Made by a program: the position numbers and the translations under genes. From Ostreococcus lucimarinus (taxonomy: Eukaryota), in assembly GCA_000092065.1 (NCBI GenBank), contig CP000587.1: 64,000 nt of DNA; one strand, 5' to 3'. Within the stretch, counting starts at the first letter, position 1. Each line of letters opens with the position of its first letter. A model generated the notes under the pieces. It made no database searches. It worked only from the letters and a program-made list of their open reading frames with translations, and was not told the origin of the DNA. Shown here one piece after another: positions 57,257 to 64,000 of the stretch.

Positions 57257-59179
57257 CTATTCCATATCGTCGAACACGTCTAAATCGGGCGGGCTCACCA
57301 AGGCCTCTTCTTCCCCGTCCTCCGTCTTGACGACGTCCACCAACACGGCAAACGAAGGCTGGGACTGTGGACGTTCGGGAAGCGATGCGGAGACGCGTAG
57401 CGGCGAGGGAGCCTTAGCCGCGCCCTCGTCGGCCGCCAATCGTGGTCGTGCACTTCTGTCTTGCGCTGCGTTCAGACCGAATCGCGCGGCGAAATCGCAC
57501 GCCGAGGCTTCGGCGACTCCTAGCGCTAAAGATGGTCTCCTTTTTAGAGACGCTTGCGCGCCGAGCGCTCGCGCCTCGAACAAGTCTCGATATGCGCGCA
57601 AAGTCGGATTGAGCGACTCCCAGGGCATCGTCGTCGCGCGTCGATCGCCGTCGAGAGAGTTCGCCCTGACGAATTCGCGAGCGTCGACCAAGCGCGGGTC
57701 CTCCGCATCGACGCGTGCGCTCGCCGGGACCGACGGTAAAGAGTACTCGTTGTAGTCTTCTTTGAACGGCAACGGCGTGTAGAGCAAAAAGTCTCCTGCA
57801 TCCGTGAGCCGCGGCGTAAGGGCGCCGATGTGGATTGAAGTCGTGCCTTCCGTGAACGCGCCGCGAACGAGTAGCGCAAGCTTTGCGTCATCCAGAGCCC
57901 TTGCGAGCGCGCTAAGTGCCGTCGCGTCCGCCGCCGCGCGCTCTTGGCTCAAACCAGTCGTCTTCGTACTCGGCTGCGGTACGCACACCGATGGCTCGCC
58001 AACGCTGAGCCACAACGGGCATTCATCCATGCTGATTGAACCGATTACTTTCATGCTCTTTTCGAATCGCATCGACAAGCGGCTTTCGGTCTCGGCATCA
58101 ATCGGTATGTGCTGCTTGCCGTACCGAAACGCCTTCACGTGGCGCTCTGGCGGCACGAATTCGCCGTCAAGATCGTTGACATTCCTGTACGTAGTCTCCA
58201 CAAGCGTCTGATGCGACTCCTCCGGACGATCCGCGAGCTCCTCGCTGTATCTATTGAGCTTCACCGGCACCGCTTCCGTGTTCAGCTTGTAAAGCGCCAC
58301 GTTCACACCCGCGTTGAAACCGAAGGATAGAAAACCGCGATAGCCAGACGTCGGTCGCACGCGCTTAATCTGCAAATCTAAAAGAAGCGCGCTCGCGCCG
58401 ACGACGGCGCTATCGTTACCGGCGTCGGCAGCGGCGAGAACATCGCACGCCTGACGCAAAGCCTCGAAATCCGGTTCGCGAAACGTTGCCGACGCAGTCA
58501 CGCGAACGCCTGCGTCGCCGCGCGCTCGAGACATCTCGCACGCGTCGACGACGCCGACTTTTAATCGAACGTTTTGCGCTTTCATACCATCTAATAGCGT
58601 CGCCACAAACTCGTCATCTACCGCACTTTGCATCGTCGCCGCGCCCGTGGCATCGGTGATCAAAACAATATCCTTCACGCAACCAGCCAATCGCTTCTTC
58701 GTCGCCGCGTTGACGCCTTCCGGCGAGTACTGGCGTATGAGCGAATCACACGCTACGGCGAGCGCCTCAGGAACGTCCGCGGCGCCGTCAACCGCCGCCG
58801 CCGTCTCTAAAATATCCCTCTCGTACTCCAACCCCGTCTTGCTCTCCGGCGGTCGCAGCTGTCGCGCCGTGACGATGCCGGCGTATTCGTCGCCCTCACC
58901 GTCGTCGTCGAGCGCCGCCGCCGCAACATCGTTCGACGTGTCTCGCGCGCCGAAGAGCGTCAACCCGAAACAATGGTCGCGTTGCGATGGCGTACGTAGC
59001 TGCGTTTTCGCGTTAACGCACCCGCGAATACAAGACGCGACGATGGCTCGTGCAGACGTCGTCGCGACGTGCCCGTTTCGACGCGCTTCGTCTTCGTCGT
59101 CGCCCGCGCACGCGACGACGCAGCGATCGAGCGCGGAGACGTCGACGACGAACATCACCGCATGATCGCGCGCCGACAT
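57257..59179 (-). CDS. KU80: Ku70/Ku80-family DNA end-binding protein (probably Ku80)
   Basis: A vWA-like N-terminus (AVMFVVDVS). The Ku core reads FRYGKQHIPIDAETESRL...ALSALARALDDAKLALLVRG. The acidic C-terminal tail ...DLDVFDDME is reminiscent of the Ku80 C-terminal motif. Confidence 0.6.
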   Translation of the reverse strand: MSARDHAVMFVVDVSALDRCVVACAGDDEDEARRNGHVATTSARAIVASCIRGCVNAKTQLRTPSQRDHCFGLTLFGARDTSNDVAAAALDDDGEGDEYAGIVTARQLRPPESKTGLEYERDILETAAAVDGAADVPEALAVACDSLIRQYSPEGVNAATKKRLAGCVKDIVLITDATGAATMQSAVDDEFVATLLDGMKAQNVRLKVGVVDACEMSRARGDAGVRVTASATFREPDFEALRQACDVLAAADAGNDSAVVGASALLLDLQIKRVRPTSGYRGFLSFGFNAGVNVALYKLNTEAVPVKLNRYSEELADRPEESHQTLVETTYRNVNDLDGEFVPPERHVKAFRYGKQHIPIDAETESRLSMRFEKSMKVIGSISMDECPLWLSVGEPSVCVPQPSTKTTGLSQERAAADATALSALARALDDAKLALLVRGAFTEGTTSIHIGALTPRLTDAGDFLLYTPLPFKEDYNEYSLPSVPASARVDAEDPRLVDAREFVRANSLDGDRRATTMPWESLNPTLRAYRDLFEARALGAQASLKRRPSLALGVAEASACDFAARFGLNAAQDRSARPRLAADEGAAKAPSPLRVSASLPERPQSQPSFAVLVDVVKTEDGEEEALVSPPDLDVFDDME

Positions 59180-59269
59180 CGCGCGAGCGAGTTCCCCGTG
59201 CGCACGAGTCGAGCTGTGTCGTACACACAGATTTCTGTTAATACACGCGACGCACGCGGCGGTGCGGTG

Positions 59270-59935
59270 CTATGATTCCTTAGTCGAGGCGGCGATGATG
59301 GCGTCCACGCTCAACACCGGAGGCGCGAGTCCTGAAAAGTCTTCCCATGCAGTGTCGTCTACGCTTGTTCGGCGCCAGTACTTGCGACTAGAGTCGTTCA
59401 AATCCAAAACATCAACCTCCAGCGGGACGAGAAGACCGACGCAAAACGATTCAGGAACCGCACCGCGAGACTCGATCAACGCTTTCGTGGCGCGCTCGTA
59501 GACGGCATCTTGACGGTCTTTCGCGAGCACGTCCGGTGGGTAGAAGAATTGCGCTCGATCACCGAGATCGAGCTGCTCCCAAAGCGCGTTTCGACTCCCG
59601 CTCTGGGCACTGGTTTCGAAGCGCATCGGTCCTCGAAATCGAAACTGGACGCGCGCGCTCGAGAACCACCAGCAAATCTCGACTTCGTCACTCGCGCGCT
59701 TGGCGAACTTGTTGCTGTTGGAACTGAGCTTGCACGAGAGCGCAAAGCGGTCGTCGATGTCCACGGCGAAGCCTTCAAAGACAACCGTTCTCGCGCGCGG
59801 TGTCACCCCCCTTGGCCCGTGCTCGACGGTTGAAAGCGTAAAGTAGGACGCGCATGACGGATCACGCATCATCGTGTCTTGCAGTGGTTTCACGTACGGC
59901 GCGGACGCGCCCGAGACGCTCACATGAGCGCTCAT
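59270..59935 (-). CDS. Pyridoxamine 5'-phosphate oxidase-like FMN-binding split-barrel protein
   Basis: YFTLSTVEHGPRGVTPRARTVVFEGF ... EICWWFSSARVQFRFRG ... ALWEQL fits the PNPOx-like (Pyridox_oxase_2-type) pattern. The start is either ATG 59935 or ATG 60040; the latter overlaps the fibrillin CDS. Confidence 0.5.
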   Translation of the reverse strand: MSAHVSVSGASAPYVKPLQDTMMRDPSCASYFTLSTVEHGPRGVTPRARTVVFEGFAVDIDDRFALSCKLSSNSNKFAKRASDEVEICWWFSSARVQFRFRGPMRFETSAQSGSRNALWEQLDLGDRAQFFYPPDVLAKDRQDAVYERATKALIESRGAVPESFCVGLLVPLEVDVLDLNDSSRKYWRRTSVDDTAWEDFSGLAPPVLSVDAIIAASTKES

Positions 59936-59972
59936 GTGAGTGATGAGTCGCGTTATGAAGCAAAGCGCTGCG

Positions 59973-60773
59973 TCATCCGTGAAGTCGAGTGAGAATGAAG
60001 ACGCCGCCGCGCCCTCCGCGACTGATTCGCATGGAATCATCGCAAAACGTCGTGTTCAACGACCCTCGCGGACGCGGAAGCGGAATGGAAACTTTGGGAG
60101 TTTTCGCCTCCCCGCGCGCGAACCGCAGTTGTACGTCGAAGCTCGTAAACGTGACAAACGCGCGTCGCGCGAGCGCATCCTCGGTTTCGATCTCGCCGTC
60201 GACGCCGATTGTCAGCGTCGACATCGGCAGCGTGGGAAGACTGGCTACGTCCAACTCGACCTCGTTTCTAACTACGCCCGCGTCGACGTCGACGACCTGT
60301 ACGTTTCGAGCGCCCGTGCGATTCGTCTCCGCCGATCCGGCGAGCCATGGTGCAAACTTAAAGAAGACACTGTAAAGCGTTTTCGTCACCTCTTGCACAA
60401 TCTCGTCGCTAACGCCGAGGGATTCGAGTGGGCTCGCCGAGGCTTTGACGTTGCTGTCGTCGTCGAGATTCGCGCTGTAGGCCAAAGTCCAACGTCCTCG
60501 CGCGTCGCCGTTGGACTCGAACGATTCAACGCGTTTGATTGCGCTCGCGACGTCGCGCGCGCTCGCGTTTCCTCGCCGCAAAGCCGCTACCGCTCGCAAT
60601 AACTCACGCTTTGCGTCATCTTTATCGTCGGTCGTCGCAGCGCTCACGCTCGCGCTCGCGCGCGACGACGACGACGACGAAGACGCACGCCCCCTGACTC
60701 GCTGACGCGAGCGGCACCGACTCTGCGCGTCGACGACGATCGAGGCGCGATGCGTCGCCGTCGCGGTCGCCAT
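59973..60773 (-). CDS. PAP/fibrillin-family plastid lipid-associated protein
   Basis: KRELLRAVAALRRGNASARDVASAIKRVESFE, RWTLAYS, and the C-terminal FCDDSMRISRGGRGGVFILTRL. ATG at 60773 (MATATATHRAS...) lies within ORF 59973..61193 and is followed by a Ser-rich presequence. Confidence 0.7.
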   Translation of the reverse strand: MATATATHRASIVVDAQSRCRSRQRVRGRASSSSSSSRASASVSAATTDDKDDAKRELLRAVAALRRGNASARDVASAIKRVESFESNGDARGRWTLAYSANLDDDSNVKASASPLESLGVSDEIVQEVTKTLYSVFFKFAPWLAGSAETNRTGARNVQVVDVDAGVVRNEVELDVASLPTLPMSTLTIGVDGEIETEDALARRAFVTFTSFDVQLRFARGEAKTPKVSIPLPRPRGSLNTTFCDDSMRISRGGRGGVFILTRLHG

Positions 60774-60823
60774 GCGGCGACGACGACTGAGGCCGGTCCT
60801 CATTCGTCGCCGCACGGTGCGCC

Positions 60824-61666
60824 ATGGACGCGACGACGACCACCGGCGCGACCGCGTCGCGCGCGAGCGCCAAGGCGCGCGAGCTCGCCATCGCGCGCGC
60901 GCTCGCGGCGTGCGAAAGAACGGCACCGGACTCGAGCGTGAACGAGCGAAAGCGGCAGCAGATTCTCGAATCGTTGAGGGACGGGTTGAAAAGCATCGAG
61001 GGTGACGTCGATGCGGCGATATGGAAGGCTTACGCGACGAGAATTGACAGATTAGATGTTCTTCACTCGACGACTCGAGGTGAGGTCGCGTCGACGAGCG
61101 GTGCGCCGCTGAACGAGACGTCGGTCGACGCACCGCCGCCGACAGCCGGCGCCGCGGCGACGACGCGACGCGCGTATCGACCGTCGTTTGCAAAGACGAC
61201 GACGCCGCGAGGCGTCGTCGCTTGCATTACGGAAGTAGTTAGCAAAGACGACGATGAATGCGCCGCGTCGAGCGCGGCGAGACGAAGTCTCCACGGACCG
61301 CCGTCGACGAAGACGCTCACGGCGGAGGACGAAGTCGAGTTGAGAAGGCAACGCGCTATACAGGACGGATTAACGGATGAGATGTCCGAGCTCGCGAGTG
61401 GATTAAAAGCTAACGCACTCGCGCTCGAACGTGGGCTTGGTCGTTCGTCTGCGGCGGTCGCGGAGTTAGAGTCGCGATTAGGCGCCAACGTTCACGGCGT
61501 GAAGTCGAGCGCGAAGCGGCAAGACGCCGCGTTTCGGGCGAACCGGCGCGGCTCCTGTTGGACGTGGCTCATACTCGCTTTAGTCGGCGTTTTATTCGCG
61601 TGGACATACGTCGTCATCAAAGTTTCTAGCGATAGGACGAAGCGTTCACGCGCCAAGGCGCTGTAA
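60824..61666 (+). CDS. Tail-anchored SNARE-like protein (Use1/Slt1-like)
   Basis: A heptad-like region (LTDEMSELASGLKANALALERGL...AVAELESRL) is followed by a C-terminal anchor (CWTWLILALVGVLFAWTYVVI). Family assignment is tentative. Confidence 0.4.
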   Translation: MDATTTTGATASRASAKARELAIARALAACERTAPDSSVNERKRQQILESLRDGLKSIEGDVDAAIWKAYATRIDRLDVLHSTTRGEVASTSGAPLNETSVDAPPPTAGAAATTRRAYRPSFAKTTTPRGVVACITEVVSKDDDECAASSAARRSLHGPPSTKTLTAEDEVELRRQRAIQDGLTDEMSELASGLKANALALERGLGRSSAAVAELESRLGANVHGVKSSAKRQDAAFRANRRGSCWTWLILALVGVLFAWTYVVIKVSSDRTKRSRAKAL

Positions 61667-61739
61667 CAGAACATTTCTAATAAGAAAAGTAGAAAAGGTT
61701 CGAGTTCGTTCACTCGTCACTCCGCGCGCGAGCGACGCG

Positions 61740-63194
61740 ATGCGTGACGCTCATCCCGCGAAACGCATCGCCATCGTCGGCGGAGGTATTTCCGGGCTCG
61801 CGCTCGCTAAGTTCCTTCGCGACGTAGACAGCGATAGGCGACGATTCGAGTTGCATCTGTTCGACACCGGCGAGCGAGCGTGCGGCGGACGAGCGTCGAG
61901 TAAGGCTCTCGCCGGCGTCGACGTCGATCACGGGTTGCAGTACTTTACGCTGTCCTCGGACGTCGCGCGCGAGTCGTTCGCGAGGTCCCTCGTCGACGCC
62001 GGCGCGCTGACGAGATGGTCGGACGATGTCGTCGGCACTCTGGACGCGGCGAGCGGTCGTTTTACGTCGTTCAGCGACGGCGCGGAGCGCTTCGTCGGCG
62101 TCGATGGGTTTAGAGGAATGTCCGAAGAATTGGTCAAGCATTGCGATGTCGTGCATCGTCCGCAATGGGTCGGGGCGATGCATCCTGTGCGCCGCGACGA
62201 CGACGGAAACGTCGTGGAGTGGGCGTTGGCCTCAAACGAAAGCGACAGGGCGAAACAGTTGGGAACGTACGATTTCGTCGTCGTTGCACATAATGGTAAG
62301 TGTGCCCATAGATTGGCGTCGACGGCGAAGGATGAAGATGGACGCAGCGCGTGTGAGAAGGTGAAATCGTCGCTCCGATGCGGCTTCGGCGTAAAGCCGC
62401 GCGACGAGCTCTCTCGCGAAAACAAACTCGTGCTTAGCAGCGTGTGGTCGGTCATGGTAGTTTTCGACGGAGTGCACGAGTTTGGCGATGGCTTTGAAGG
62501 CGCACACGTCGTAGATGGCGGGCCTTTGTCGTGGGTTTCTAATATTTCCGCGAAACGCGGCGCGTTGTTGAAGGAGGGCGCAAAGGAAACGCGTGTCGTG
62601 TTACAATCTACCGCGGAGTACGCACGTGAAAACAAAGTACCACAAGAGGCGGTGCCGAGAACAAAGTCCAAAGAGGTGATGGAGACGCTCGTCGGAGCGC
62701 TGGAGAAGTCGCTGAAGCTTGAGCCGAACGCAATGTTGTCAAAGGTGGCGTTGTACAAAACGCAGCTCTGGGGCGCGGCGAACCCGTTGAACGTTTGCAA
62801 CGTTCCATGCGTGCTCGATTTACGAACGTCGACGGCTGCGATAGGGGACTGGTGCACGAGCGGACCCGCGTGCGTTGAATCCGCAGTTTTGAGTGCCAAC
62901 GCGTTGGCTCAGGCGTTGGACGATTATTTTCCCGACGCGACCCCCGGCGCGGCGACGAAGGCGTTGAACGCCGCGCGTCCGCGATGGACGCTTCCGAACG
63001 GCGCAACGTCTGCTCAGGGAGGGTTTCCAGGCACGAGCGTTCCCGAGATGCGCGAAGCGTCTCCAGTTCCTGAGCGAAGGCGCGGAGGAGGCCGCGGCCG
63101 CGGCCCGAGAGGCCGCGGCGGAGGTCGAGGTGGGCGAGGGCGAGGTCGCGGCGCGCATGAATCTACGGCACGCCTCGTTCGGATGGCTTTGTAG
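61740..63194 (+). CDS. FAD/NAD-dependent oxidoreductase (amine-oxidase/renalase-like, COG3380-type) with a C-terminal RGG tail
   Basis: The dinucleotide motif IAIVGGGISGLALA, then CGGRASS...VDHGLQYFT, the C-terminal IGDWCTSGPACVESAVLSANALA, and finally RRRGGGRGRGPRGRGGGRGGRGRGRG. Confidence 0.55.
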   Translation: MRDAHPAKRIAIVGGGISGLALAKFLRDVDSDRRRFELHLFDTGERACGGRASSKALAGVDVDHGLQYFTLSSDVARESFARSLVDAGALTRWSDDVVGTLDAASGRFTSFSDGAERFVGVDGFRGMSEELVKHCDVVHRPQWVGAMHPVRRDDDGNVVEWALASNESDRAKQLGTYDFVVVAHNGKCAHRLASTAKDEDGRSACEKVKSSLRCGFGVKPRDELSRENKLVLSSVWSVMVVFDGVHEFGDGFEGAHVVDGGPLSWVSNISAKRGALLKEGAKETRVVLQSTAEYARENKVPQEAVPRTKSKEVMETLVGALEKSLKLEPNAMLSKVALYKTQLWGAANPLNVCNVPCVLDLRTSTAAIGDWCTSGPACVESAVLSANALAQALDDYFPDATPGAATKALNAARPRWTLPNGATSAQGGFPGTSVPEMREASPVPERRRGGGRGRGPRGRGGGRGGRGRGRGAHESTARLVRMAL

Positions 63195-63205
63195 CGGGCA
63201 CTGTG

Positions 63206-63210
63206 TGTAA
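63206..63210 (+). terminator. Candidate TGTAA poly(A) signal (last gene before the telomere)
   Basis: TGTAA 12 nt after the stop at 63192-63194. Confidence 0.3.
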
Positions 63211-63457
63211 GAATGGCATGTTAGCCCATGGATTCGCGTGACGCCGGCGCCGCAGTCGTCGTCCCTGCGTCTAGGATTTTTAGGCGTTTTCTCGTTTGCG
63301 CGATGTGACATACGCGAGCGCGCGCGCGTGAAGATACAACTGTGCGAACCACACGGGGATCGCAAACGAACGATCGCGGGCTAGAAATAGAAGAAATAGG
63401 AATGCAAAACGATTCACCCACGTCGCCGTCGCGCCCCTCGAACGCGCCTCCCTGAAA

Positions 63458-63493
63458 CTAGGGTTAGAAACTCGGGCTGAAAACTAGGGTTAG
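63458..63493 (+). repeat. Subtelomeric degenerate telomere-like motifs (two copies of ACTAGGGTTAG about 26 nt apart)
   Basis: CTAGGGTTAG at 63458-63467 and at 63484-63493. Confidence 0.7.
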
Positions 63494-63769
63494 CAGTGTC
63501 TCTGGAACATGACGCTTTTGCCGCCCTGAAAGTTGCGCGAGTAAAGGGGTCACCAAAACCACTACACTGGCGGTCGACGACGCTGGAATTTTGCATACAC
63601 GCATGAAACACGCATTTGCATCTGTGTACGCGCGCGTTTTGCGGCACTCTGGGTGCCGGCGGCGACCCGGACCTTTACGTCGTCGCGGGCGTAGGCCGCG
63701 GTTTGGGTTTTTTGGAAATGTGTGATACTGGTTTTGGGTGGAGGACTACGTCAGGTGGGGCGGGGTGAA

Positions 63770-63804
63770 CTAGGGTTTGGAGGGCTAGGGTTCGATTTGT
63801 AGGG
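63770..63804 (+). repeat. Degenerate telomere-proximal variant units (CTAGGGTTTGG, CTAGGGTT, TTTGTAGGG)
   Basis: A transition zone of imperfect units immediately before the perfect array. Confidence 0.75.
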
Positions 63805-64000
63805 TTTAGGGTTTAGGGTTTAGGGTTTAGGGTTTAGGGTTTAGGGTTTAGGGTTTAGGGTTTAGGGTTTAGGGTTTAGGGTTTAGGGTTTAGGGTTTAG
63901 GGTTTAGGGTTTAGGGTTTAGGGTTTAGGGTTTAGGGTTTAGGGTTTAGGGTTTAGGGTTTAGGGTTTAGGGTTTAGGGTTTAGGGTTTAGGGTTTAGGG
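63805..64000 (+). repeat. Telomere: (TTTAGGG)28, G-rich strand running 5'->3' to the window end
   Basis: 196 nt, equal to 28 perfect heptamers of the plant/green-algal type, reaching the last base of the window. Confidence 0.97.

Noticed and set aside
57257-59179. Ku80 gene lying 5 kb from the telomere as a functional linkage
   Set aside because: The coincidence is amusing, but there is no mechanism or precedent that I know of. The neighbouring genes are unrelated housekeeping genes.

Overview
This window is eukaryotic, not prokaryotic. It is the terminal ~64 kb of a nuclear chromosome from a GC-rich, very gene-dense green alga. I infer a Mamiellophyceae picoalga of the Ostreococcus/Micromonas type from gene content, compaction and the plant-type telomere; this was not verified by any search. 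The + strand ends in 28 perfect TTTAGGG units (63805-64000), preceded by only ~600 bp of unique subtelomere. I call about 45 protein genes, roughly one per 1.4 kb, on both strands, with spacers of 19-560 bp; most are single-exon. Many encode organelle-targeted proteins of bacterial ancestry: transketolase, cpFtsY, Tic110, uL18, EF-G, rubredoxin, MenG, a tocopherol-type methyltransferase, fibrillin, SAT, SlyD-type FKBP and HslV. The rest are core eukaryotic functions: PP2A-B56, PP2C, UBA1, Ku80, KRR1, VPS37, DPM1, dolichol kinase, SepSecS and RTF2. I recognised no rRNA, tRNA, CRISPR array, transposon or prophage-like element. The ORF track uses non-ATG starts and ignores splicing, so I re-derived the N-termini. 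Five introns share one uniform splice code: a GTGCG[T/C] donor and an ACTGACGA branch box 29-37 nt before the acceptor AG. Three of these introns expose hidden 5' exons that encode transit peptides (Tic110, uL18, EF-G). The items most worth follow-up are listed here.
- A CbiA/CobB-type tetrapyrrole amidotransferase fused to a BtuF-like binding domain.
- Telomere-unit (telo-box-like) elements in a bidirectional promoter and in two 5' introns.
- A ubiquitin-like-RTF2 fusion.
- A BRCT-coiled-coil-PB1 protein.
- A tandem pair of BT1/folate-biopterin transporters.
- Extreme gene abutment, including a 19-bp convergent gap and a possible same-strand CDS overlap.
I see no evidence for a discrete novel multi-gene system. 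The many long Arg/Ala/Gly-rich ORFs antisense to real genes are GC-driven shadow ORFs.
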